From contig JBMNMA010000007.1 of NCBI GenBank assembly GCA_050953105.1, forward strand, positions 198,923 to 262,922: DNA of 64,000 nucleotides. The letters are read 5' to 3'. The notes beneath the pieces are model-generated. The model had not been told where the DNA came from. It ran no database searches and saw nothing but the letters and a program-made list of their open reading frames with translations. This DNA is from Eubacteriales bacterium. GTDB taxonomy: Bacteria; Bacillota; Clostridia; Oscillospirales; CAG-382. A program made the translations under genes and the position numbers. Position 1 is the stretch's first letter. Every line of letters starts with the position of its first letter. Positions 45,207 to 53,342 of this stretch are shown here, one piece after another.

Positions 45207-46858
45207 TGGAAGAAAAGGAAAACACCAATTTTCTGTTTGAAATTATAGAAAAAGACCTTGCCGAGGGGAAGGTTAAAAAGGTTCACACCCGGTTTCCCCC
45301 GGAACCAAACGGCTATCTCCATATCGGGCATATAAAGGCAATATACATCAACTCCACCGCCGCAAGGAAGTATGGCGGAGAATTTAATCTTAGGTATGAC
45401 GACACCAACCCCGAAAAAGAGGACACCGAATATGTAAAATCCATTTATGAGGACTTGGTGTGGCTTATAGGTAAAGAGCCGGACAATATCTGCTACGGTT
45501 CAGACTATTTTGACAAATGCTATGAGTTTGCCGTAAAGCTTATAAAGGACGGCAAGGCCTATGTATGCAATCTGTCCCCCGATGAGGTGGAAAAATACCG
45601 CGGCACCCTTACAGAGCCAGGTAAAGAATCCCCCTACCGCAACCGGACTGTGGAGGAAAACCTTGAGCTGTTTGAAAAAATGAAAAACGGGGAATTTCCC
45701 GAAGGCTATTGCACCTTAAGGGCAAAAATTGATATGACATCCCCCAACATAAACCTGAGGGACCCCATAATTTACCGCATACTCAAAAAAGAGCATCACC
45801 GGCAGGGGAACAAGTGGTGCATTTACCCGTTGTATGACTATGCCCACCCCATTCAGGACGCATTGGAGGGGATAACCCATTCCATGTGTTCGATAGAATT
45901 TGAAAACCACCGTCCCCTGTATGACTGGGTGGTGGAAAGCATCGGTTTTGAAAATCCCCCTCATCAGTATGAATTTGCCAAGCTTAACATTACCAACACG
46001 GTTATGTCCAAGCGTAATTTAAAGCGGCTGGTGTTAGAAGGTATCGTTGACGGCTGGGACGACCCCCGTATGCCCACCATCTGCGGCCTGCGGAGAAGGG
46101 GATACACCCCCTCGGCCCTCTTTGACTTTATAGAACGGGCCGGCATTGCCAAAACCTATTCCATAGTCGACCTTGCCTTGCTTGAGCATTGCATAAGGGA
46201 GGAGCTTAACAAAACCGCCCTCCGCCGGGTGGCGGTCCTTGAACCGGTCAAGCTGACGGTGGAAAACTACCCCGAAGGGAAAAAAGAATATTTTGCCCTT
46301 ACCAACAACCCCAACGACGAAAACGCCGGCACCAGGGAAGTGGCCTTTACCCGCAATCTTTACATTGAAAAAAGCGATATTTCCCTCAACCCGCCCCCCA
46401 AGTATTTCAGGCTTAAGCCCGAGGGCGAGGTAAGGCTTATGGGAGCGTATATAGTAAAATTCAAGGAAGCTATTCTTGACGAAAACGGGGAGATAAAGGA
46501 AATTATCGTTACCGCCGACCTTGAAAGCGGCAGCGGCAGCCCCGCCGACGGCAGAAAAATCAAGGGCACCATTCATTGGGTGTCTGCCGAGGACAGCGAA
46601 AAGGTTACAACAAGGGTATATCAACCGCTGTTTAACATTGAAAACACCAGGGCTGTTCCTGAGGGCAAAACCATTGACGATTTTTATAACCCCGATTCGG
46701 TTAAGGTTTACCCCGAATGCAGGGTGGAAAAGGCTCTTGCAGACGCTGCCCCCGGTGAGAGGTTCCAGTTCGTCCGCACCGGCTATTTCTGCAAAGACAC
46801 AAAAGACGAAAACGCCTTTAACCAGATTGTTGAGCTTAAAGACAGCAAACCCTTTTAA
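45206..46858 (+). CDS. glnS: glutamine--tRNA ligase
   Basis: 550 aa with 'RFPPEPNGYLHIGH', 'LRYDDTNP' and 'VMSKRNL'. Its ATG overlaps the gltX TAA (TAATG). Confidence 0.92.
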   Translation: MEEKENTNFLFEIIEKDLAEGKVKKVHTRFPPEPNGYLHIGHIKAIYINSTAARKYGGEFNLRYDDTNPEKEDTEYVKSIYEDLVWLIGKEPDNICYGSDYFDKCYEFAVKLIKDGKAYVCNLSPDEVEKYRGTLTEPGKESPYRNRTVEENLELFEKMKNGEFPEGYCTLRAKIDMTSPNINLRDPIIYRILKKEHHRQGNKWCIYPLYDYAHPIQDALEGITHSMCSIEFENHRPLYDWVVESIGFENPPHQYEFAKLNITNTVMSKRNLKRLVLEGIVDGWDDPRMPTICGLRRRGYTPSALFDFIERAGIAKTYSIVDLALLEHCIREELNKTALRRVAVLEPVKLTVENYPEGKKEYFALTNNPNDENAGTREVAFTRNLYIEKSDISLNPPPKYFRLKPEGEVRLMGAYIVKFKEAILDENGEIKEIIVTADLESGSGSPADGRKIKGTIHWVSAEDSEKVTTRVYQPLFNIENTRAVPEGKTIDDFYNPDSVKVYPECRVEKALADAAPGERFQFVRTGYFCKDTKDENAFNQIVELKDSKPF

Positions 46859-46865
46859 TAAAACG

Positions 46866-46892
46866 AAAACCCCGGTTTTTACCGGGGTTTTT
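46866..46892. terminator. bidirectional rho-independent terminator
   Basis: 'AAAACCCCGGT-tttt-ACCGGGGTTTT', between convergent glnS and the zinc-ribbon gene. Confidence 0.85.
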
Positions 46893-46895
46893 AAC

Positions 46896-47267
46896 TTAAA
46901 ATCTGACACCGCATTTTGGGCAATAGGCAAAATCATCATCAGTCCGGTAGCCGCAGTTGCGGCAGGTTTTAGCGCCTCCGCCGTGCGATTTTTCAAACCG
47001 TAGTGATGAAACATCAATCTCGGCTCTTTCGCCCTTTTCAATCTTCCTGCCTGTTTCTTTATCAAGCTCGCATACCATACCGCAGCATGCAGTTTTAACA
47101 AAATACCGCCTGTTCCACCTGAAGGTGGGAATGAAAAACAGGGTCAAAACTGTATAGGTTACAAACACCTCTATTGCCGAATATCTGCTGCAGCAGGGGC
47201 AGACTGTATTTTGCCTGAAATCAAGGGACTTTTGACCTTGATTTATACCCATTATGAAAAAGAACAT
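46896..47267 (-). CDS. zinc-ribbon domain-containing membrane protein
   Basis: CxxC pairs 'CPCC' and 'CRNCGYRTDDDFAYCPKCG' with one central hydrophobic segment. Its start overlaps the rph stop (TAATG). Confidence 0.6.
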   Translation of the reverse strand: MFFFIMGINQGQKSLDFRQNTVCPCCSRYSAIEVFVTYTVLTLFFIPTFRWNRRYFVKTACCGMVCELDKETGRKIEKGERAEIDVSSLRFEKSHGGGAKTCRNCGYRTDDDFAYCPKCGVRF

Positions 47268-47989
47268 TACTCTGCCGCCGCCTTCTTAAGGGCATCGTTT
47301 TGAATTTTCATAATCTGCTTTATGCCTTTCTGGGCGACGGTAATAAGCTTTTTAAGCTCCTCGGCGGTAAATGACCGCCCCTCGCCCGTCCCCTGCACCT
47401 CTATAAAGGAGCCGGTTTCGTCGGCCACAATGTTTATATCCACCTGCGCCGATGAATCTTCCTCATAGCAAAGGTCAAGCACCACCTCGTCATCTACTAT
47501 GCCGGCCGAAACGGCTGCAATCTGGTGGACAAGGGGATTATAATGAATAAGTCCGGCTTTAAGCCATTTCCTAACCCCCAGCACCAGCGCCACATAAGCA
47601 CCGGTAACAGAAGCGGTGCGGGTGCCGCCGTCGGCCTGAAGCACGTCGCAGTCTATCCAGATAGTCTTTTCACCGAGCTTTGCGTAATCCACCGCATCCC
47701 TGAGAGAACGGCCAATAATCCGCTTTATTTCCGTTGATCTGCCGTCGGGCTTGGATGTTTCCCGTTTTTTTCTCGTTAACGTCGAGGAGGGGAGCATGGC
47801 ATATTCGGCGGTAAGCCACCCCTTGCCTGTGCCGGCAAGAAAGGGCATTGTGCCGTCCTCCAGCATGGCGGTGCAAAGCACCCGGGTTTTGCCCCAGTTT
47901 ATAAGCACCGAACCGCCGCTGGTTTCGGTAAAGTTGGTTATTATCTCAATTTTCCTTAAATCTCCGCTTTTTCTTCCGTCGGTTCTCAT
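47267..47989 (-). CDS. rph: ribonuclease PH
   Basis: 240 aa with 'DCDVLQADGGTRTASVTGAYVAL'. Confidence 0.92.
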   Translation of the reverse strand: MRTDGRKSGDLRKIEIITNFTETSGGSVLINWGKTRVLCTAMLEDGTMPFLAGTGKGWLTAEYAMLPSSTLTRKKRETSKPDGRSTEIKRIIGRSLRDAVDYAKLGEKTIWIDCDVLQADGGTRTASVTGAYVALVLGVRKWLKAGLIHYNPLVHQIAAVSAGIVDDEVVLDLCYEEDSSAQVDINIVADETGSFIEVQGTGEGRSFTAEELKKLITVAQKGIKQIMKIQNDALKKAAAE

Positions 47990-48177
47990 ATTTTTCCACC
48001 TTTATCTTATTTTAATTTAATTATATCAAGCCTATAATAAAAGTCAACAATATATAATTTTTATTATTTTTCCCCAAGGGTTGATTTAATTTTTTTGTTG
48101 TGATAAAATTATATTCAGGGAATTTGAAAACCAGAAAGGCGGTGCCTTTGCAGAAAAAGCATATCTGCGTTTGTTTT

Positions 48178-49293
48178 ATGCGGCAAATTATAATATTTAT
48201 TTTAGCTTTATCCTGTATTATATCCCCTCTGTTCATCCTTTCCGCCTTTGCCGACGATGGCCTTAAGGCAGGGGATGTGGTATATTTCGGAGCCTATGAG
48301 CAGGACAACAATCAGTCCAACGGAGCCGAAAGGCTTAAATGGCGGGTGCTGGATGTCAATGACGGCAAAGCCCTCCTTATAACAAGCCATATAATTGATA
48401 TCGGACAGTTTAACGACAAATCCGGCAATATCACCTGGGAAGACAGCAATCTTCGCAGTTGGCTTAACACCGTGTTTTACAATACCGCCTTTACGGTTGA
48501 CGAAATGGAAAAAATAGCCGAAACCAATGTCGTTGCCCATACCAACCCCAAATACGACACCGACTGCGGCCGCAATACAACCGATTTTGTTTTCCTTTTA
48601 TCATATAACGAGGCAAAGGAATACTTTGATAACTCCGCAAGCGGTGCGGAATATTATAAAGCCGTGGACGAGGTGGTTCACCCCGACCTTATGGCCTTCT
48701 ACACCCCTTACGCCCTTGCCAAAGGGGGATATTTAAAGGACAAATACAATACCGGCACCTGGTGGCTTCGCACTATGGGTATATCGGGCAACGATGTGTG
48801 CAACGTGTCATGGGCAGGGTATGTCTCCTCCTACGGCCATTACTCCACCATGTCAACCTACGGCATACGTCCCGCAATATGGGTGTATATAGACGCCCTT
48901 GAAAAAACAACACCCGATCCCAGGCAGTCCTACGCCGCCGTTGACAACCCCGGCGACAATTCAGAAACCGAAAGTCAGCCTGCCGATAGTTCAGATGAAA
49001 GTATGCCGGCCGACAGCTCGGAGGAAATATCTGACGAAAGCTTGCCGGATATATCCTACGAAGAATCTGACGAAAGCTTTGAAGAAAGCGAAATTTACAT
49101 AGATATATCGGACATAGAGGACAGCTCGGAGGAGGAATATAATGTAAGCCTTCCCGAGGAATCAAACCCCCTTGAAGACTCCACAAAGGTTGACAACAAG
49201 TTTAAGATATTGGGCATTGTTCTGCTTGTATTAACCGGGATTGTTGCGGTCAAGGCGGTTTACGGCTATGCTACTAAGCGGAAACGCTATTAA
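48178..49293 (+). CDS. secreted, C-terminally membrane-anchored protein (DUF6273-like N-domain, acidic S/E/D-rich stalk)
   Basis: Signal peptide from ATG 48178. 'LKWRVLDVNDGKALLITSHIID...NLRSWLN' is a DUF6273-type segment (from memory). The C-terminal TM anchor is 'ILGIVLLVLTGIVAV'. Confidence 0.6.
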   Translation: MRQIIIFILALSCIISPLFILSAFADDGLKAGDVVYFGAYEQDNNQSNGAERLKWRVLDVNDGKALLITSHIIDIGQFNDKSGNITWEDSNLRSWLNTVFYNTAFTVDEMEKIAETNVVAHTNPKYDTDCGRNTTDFVFLLSYNEAKEYFDNSASGAEYYKAVDEVVHPDLMAFYTPYALAKGGYLKDKYNTGTWWLRTMGISGNDVCNVSWAGYVSSYGHYSTMSTYGIRPAIWVYIDALEKTTPDPRQSYAAVDNPGDNSETESQPADSSDESMPADSSEEISDESLPDISYEESDESFEESEIYIDISDIEDSSEEEYNVSLPEESNPLEDSTKVDNKFKILGIVLLVLTGIVAVKAVYGYATKRKRY

Positions 49294-49320
49294 AATACAC
49301 ATATCAATTGGAGGAATAAA

Positions 49321-50043
49321 ATGAAAGTTATTGTTTGCGAAAATTACGGGGAAATGTCAAAGGAAGGGGCGAAAATTATAGCCGAGCTTCTTAAAGAAAA
49401 ACCCGACTGCATTCTCGGCCTTGCCACCGGCTCCACCCCCGTGGGTATGTACGAGGAGCTTGTAAAGCTTAATAAAGCAGGGGAGATAACATTTAAGAAC
49501 GTATCCAGCTTCAACCTTGACGAATATTACCCCCTGTCCCCCGAACACGACCAGTCCTACCGCTATTTTATGAACAAGAACCTGTTTGACCATATCGACA
49601 TAGATAAGGCCAAAACCCGTGTTCCCAACGGTCTGGCCAAAGACCCGGCGGCAGAGGGCGAATCCTATGACAAGGCTATCGACGAAGCCGGCGGCATTGA
49701 CCTTCAGGTTTTAGGCGTAGGTCAGAACGGGCATATAGGCTTTAACGAACCCGAGGAGGAACTGTATGTGGGAACCCACCTTACCTCCCTTACCGAGTCC
49801 ACTATTGAAGCCAACTCCCGTTTCTTCGCTTCAAAAAGCGACGTTCCCACCAAGGCCATAACCATGGGTATGGGCTCTATAATGAAGGCGAAAAGAATTA
49901 TCGTCCTTGCCAGCGGCAAAAACAAGCATTATGTGGTAAGCAAAATGCTGGACGACAGAATTACCACCTCTGTTCCTGCAACGCTGCTTAAGCTCCACGG
50001 CGACGTAATTCTTATCTGCGACAAAGCCGCATACGAAGGCTGA
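49321..50043 (+). CDS. nagB: glucosamine-6-phosphate deaminase
   Basis: 'LGLATGSTPVGMYEEL' and 'GVGQNGHIGFNEP'. Confidence 0.9.
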   Translation: MKVIVCENYGEMSKEGAKIIAELLKEKPDCILGLATGSTPVGMYEELVKLNKAGEITFKNVSSFNLDEYYPLSPEHDQSYRYFMNKNLFDHIDIDKAKTRVPNGLAKDPAAEGESYDKAIDEAGGIDLQVLGVGQNGHIGFNEPEEELYVGTHLTSLTESTIEANSRFFASKSDVPTKAITMGMGSIMKAKRIIVLASGKNKHYVVSKMLDDRITTSVPATLLKLHGDVILICDKAAYEG

Positions 50044-50059
50044 TAAATTTAAAATAAGC

Positions 50060-50088
50060 AAACGGCAGGCAGCAAACCTGCCGTTTTT
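50060..50088 (+). terminator. rho-independent terminator
   Basis: 'AAACGGCAGG-cagcaaa-CCTGCCGTTT' followed by TT. Confidence 0.8.
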
Positions 50089-50198
50089 AACTAATATTTT
50101 AACAATATATACGAAAACTCTTGCAAAAACCCATTTTTTGTGCAATAATATAAAGGTAACCGTTTGCTAAAGGCAACGGTTAAGTTAAATTTTAAGGA

Positions 50199-51245
50199 GT
50201 GAAACTTTTTACTGTGGACGACAGTATACCGCGAAGTATTGTTCTTTTAATAATACTTCTTCTATCGGCCGGTTTTTTTGCCGGTTCGGAAACCGCATTT
50301 TCCTACTGCAATGCCGTCAGAATTAAACTTCTTGCCGAAGACGGCAACAAAAACGCCAAAAGGGTTATTTGGATTTTAGACCGTTTTGAACGTTTGGTGG
50401 TTACTCTGCTGATAGCCATTAACGTTATTCACGTTATCGCAGCCTCGATTGCCACCGTTATGGCAGTCGATCTGCTTGGCAGCATAGGTTCGGTGGTGGC
50501 CACGGTGGTATTGACGCTGCTGGTTTTCCTGTTTAGCGAAAACATACCCAAAAACATTGCCAGAACCAACGCAGACGCCTTTACAATGGCAGTGTCCCTG
50601 CCCATTATGTGGTTTATGTATCTGCTTTGGCCCTTTGCCCAGTTTTTTATATGGCTGGGACACGGCGCAAAAAAACTGATGCGGATAAAAAACGACACCC
50701 CATCTCTTACAGAAGACGAATTTGCCGAAATAGTGGAATCCGCCGGGGACGACGGACTTATGGAACCCGAGGAAACCGAAATAATCAAGTCGGCAATAGA
50801 ATTCGGTGACCGGACGGTGGCGGACATTATGACCAAGCGGGAGGATATTTCGGCTATCCCCATAAACATAACCATGTCGGGGCTTAAAAACATACTCCTT
50901 GAGGAAAAATATTCAAGGTTCCCCGTTTATGACGGAAACATCGACCACGTTGTGGGGGTGTTACAGTCGGCCAGCTGTCTGTGGCGGTTGGTTAAGGGAA
51001 TTTCCTTTAGAATGAGGGATGTTTTAGGCAAGCCCTATTTTGTTTCCCCCGTAACACGCCTTGACGACGTGTTTAAGGAAATGGGTAAAAAACGCACCCA
51101 TTTTGCCATTGTCAGATCCGACGAGGGGCGCACCATAGGTATTCTTACCATGGAGGACATCCTTGAGGAAATCGTGGGGGAAATATACGACGAGGACGAC
51201 GATACCCTTCCCGAAGAAAGCTGTGAGGGGGGTGAAGCGTCATGA
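50199..51245 (+). CDS. CNNM (DUF21) + CBS-pair membrane protein lacking the CorC_HlyC C-terminal domain
   Basis: Four N-terminal TM helices and a CBS pair; it ends in an acidic tail. The start is uncertain: GTG 50199 abuts the AAGGAG RBS, and GTG 50214 is an alternative. Confidence 0.75.
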   Translation: MKLFTVDDSIPRSIVLLIILLLSAGFFAGSETAFSYCNAVRIKLLAEDGNKNAKRVIWILDRFERLVVTLLIAINVIHVIAASIATVMAVDLLGSIGSVVATVVLTLLVFLFSENIPKNIARTNADAFTMAVSLPIMWFMYLLWPFAQFFIWLGHGAKKLMRIKNDTPSLTEDEFAEIVESAGDDGLMEPEETEIIKSAIEFGDRTVADIMTKREDISAIPINITMSGLKNILLEEKYSRFPVYDGNIDHVVGVLQSASCLWRLVKGISFRMRDVLGKPYFVSPVTRLDDVFKEMGKKRTHFAIVRSDEGRTIGILTMEDILEEIVGEIYDEDDDTLPEESCEGGEAS

Positions 51246-52495
51246 CCGATATTCTGACGATTATTCTTATTTTTATATTTATTGTCCTTTCGGCATTTTA
51301 TTCTTCGGCAGAGATTGCCTTTGCCAAGGCTAACGCCATAAGGATAAAAAAGCAGGCAGAAAGCGGCGACAAAGCCGCAATGCATGAAAAATATATAAAC
51401 GACAATTACACCCGTTCGCTGTCAACCCTGCTTGTGGGCAACAACATGGTGAATATAGCCGCTTCCTCTGCGGCAACGGTGATTTTTGTCCATTACTTGG
51501 GCGAATCCAAGGGACCGACGGTGGCTTCGGCTGTTTTAACCATAGTTTTGCTTATATTCGGCGAAACCCTGCCCAAAATCCTTGCATCCACCATCCCAGA
51601 CCAACTTGCAAGGCTGTATGCCCGGCCCCTCAGGTTTTTCATGGTTGTTTTCTTCCCCATAGTCTGGGCGGTGGAAAAGCTGGTTAACCTTGTGTCCCCC
51701 CTGTGGACACCCAAGGAAAAGGCTCCCCTGGTCACCGCAGAGGAGCTGTATGAAATCGTGGACAATATCGAAGGTGAAGGGGTTTTCACCGAGGACGAAG
51801 GCGAGCTTATAAAGTCGGCCATTGAATTTACCGACACCACCGCAATGGATATCCTTGTCCCCAGGGTGGACGTTTTCGCCATAGACATTGATGAAGAAAT
51901 TACAATAACCGATGAATTTTACCGTTATTCCCGAATTCCCGTTTACAGAGATAGCATAGACAACATTGTGGGCATTCTGCCTACGAAAAAGCTGCTAAGA
52001 GAAATCGCCGCAGGCAACGAGTATAATATTGAAGAATTGCTGTATCCCCCTATTTTCGTTCACATGACCAAAACCGTTTCGTCAATTATCGACGAATTCC
52101 GCAAAAAGCATCAGCAGCTTGCGGTGGTGGTGGACGAATACGGCGGCACGGCGGGAATCCTCACCATGGAGGACATTACCGAAGAGATTGTAGGGGACAT
52201 TTTTGACGAGCGGGACCTTGTGGAGGACGATATCCGCCAAATAGGGGAGAACGTCTACGAGGTAGACGGTTCCACAAACATTTACGACCTGTTCGACACT
52301 CTTGACTGGGAACCCAACGACTTTGAAACCGAATACACCACGGTGGGCGGCTGGGTTACCGAAATGCTCGACAAATTTCCAGAAACCGGAGACACCTTCA
52401 CCTATCTGCGGATAACCGTAACGGTGGAGGAGGCAAAGTCCATGCGGGTTGAAAAGGTAAGGGTTGAATACACCCCTCCCGCAGAAGAAGAATAA
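51242..52495 (+). CDS. hemolysin-family CNNM (DUF21) + CBS pair + CorC_HlyC domain protein
   Basis: 417 aa with the same architecture plus the C-terminal transporter-associated domain. It overlaps the upstream stop (ATGA). Confidence 0.85.
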   Translation: MTDILTIILIFIFIVLSAFYSSAEIAFAKANAIRIKKQAESGDKAAMHEKYINDNYTRSLSTLLVGNNMVNIAASSAATVIFVHYLGESKGPTVASAVLTIVLLIFGETLPKILASTIPDQLARLYARPLRFFMVVFFPIVWAVEKLVNLVSPLWTPKEKAPLVTAEELYEIVDNIEGEGVFTEDEGELIKSAIEFTDTTAMDILVPRVDVFAIDIDEEITITDEFYRYSRIPVYRDSIDNIVGILPTKKLLREIAAGNEYNIEELLYPPIFVHMTKTVSSIIDEFRKKHQQLAVVVDEYGGTAGILTMEDITEEIVGDIFDERDLVEDDIRQIGENVYEVDGSTNIYDLFDTLDWEPNDFETEYTTVGGWVTEMLDKFPETGDTFTYLRITVTVEEAKSMRVEKVRVEYTPPAEEE

Positions 52496-52505
52496 AAATC
52501 ATAAA

Positions 52506-52539
52506 TCAGGCAGTATAAAACGCTGCCTGATATTTTTTT
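52506..52539 (+). terminator. rho-independent terminator
   Basis: 'TCAGGCAG-(9 nt)-CTGCCTGA' followed by TATTTTTTT. Confidence 0.8.
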
Positions 52540-52583
52540 GTCCGTTGGTTGACATAATCCCACTATAACAATTTAACCGCAAA

Positions 52584-52611
52584 CAAAAAAACGCCGCTTC
52601 TGGCGTTTTTT
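52584..52611. terminator. bidirectional rho-independent terminator
   Basis: 'AAAAAAACGCC-gcttct-GGCGTTTTTT'. It serves the minus-strand operon ending at 52632. Confidence 0.8.
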
Positions 52612-52631
52612 ATGAGTTTAACTAAGTATTT

Positions 52632-53321
52632 TTAAGCGGTTGTAAGCTTTTCCCTGCGGTGTTTTATCTTTTCGATTATACCGTCGGCCAGGGAGTCGTT
52701 GTGGGTGGGGATTGAGATTGTGCCGTTAGGCGTCTTAATCTCTATGAAAAAGGTGTTTACGACATATTCCTTTTTGCCCGATGTAAGGTTAAGGTCCTTT
52801 TGAACCATTGAAATATCTTCAATGGCGTCATAGGTCAAACCAACAAAGTCTTCGGTTTCCTTTTCCTCGGTAAGGCAGAAAAGGAGTGTGTTTACATACA
52901 CCTTGCCGGCAGTCATCATAACCGATGCAGCCGAGTAGTAGTTGGACCTGAAGGTGCCGTCCCGGCCGCGCTTAAGTTCGTTGGAGGGCTCGGTTAAAAC
53001 ATAGTTTTCGGCCACATAGCTGTCGATTATTTTGGCATGCTTGTCGGAAGCCATAACCTTGTCGGTGGATTTATCGGCAAAATTCTTAAGCTTGGTTTTA
53101 ACGGTTTCGTCATACTGGGAGTCTCTAACCAGCGAAACCAGAAAGAATACCACCATTATAACCCCCATAACCATAACTACAACGGTAAGGTTGTAGGTAA
53201 ACCAGGAGTCAATGAGAAATCCGTAGTAAAAGTTGATAAAACCGAGAATTGCTAGGACTATGCCCACTATAAGGGGATAAAGCCTTGTGTGGAAATAACG
53301 GTTGTTTGTCTTGTAATCCAT
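52632..53321 (-). CDS. two-TM membrane protein with a PH-like C-terminal domain (hypothetical), last gene of the MoxR operon
   Basis: 229 aa with two N-terminal hydrophobic helices. It lies 21 nt downstream of the transglutaminase gene on the same strand. The fold guess is inference. Confidence 0.5.
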   Translation of the reverse strand: MDYKTNNRYFHTRLYPLIVGIVLAILGFINFYYGFLIDSWFTYNLTVVVMVMGVIMVVFFLVSLVRDSQYDETVKTKLKNFADKSTDKVMASDKHAKIIDSYVAENYVLTEPSNELKRGRDGTFRSNYYSAASVMMTAGKVYVNTLLFCLTEEKETEDFVGLTYDAIEDISMVQKDLNLTSGKKEYVVNTFFIEIKTPNGTISIPTHNDSLADGIIEKIKHRREKLTTA

Positions 53322-53342
53322 TTTGTCCTTCTTTCCTTTTCT

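Noticed and set aside
46034-47101. 355-aa ORF on the minus strand
   Set aside because: It is almost entirely antisense to the well-supported glnS, with low-complexity composition (G/V/F/K-rich) and no motif. It is a shadow ORF.
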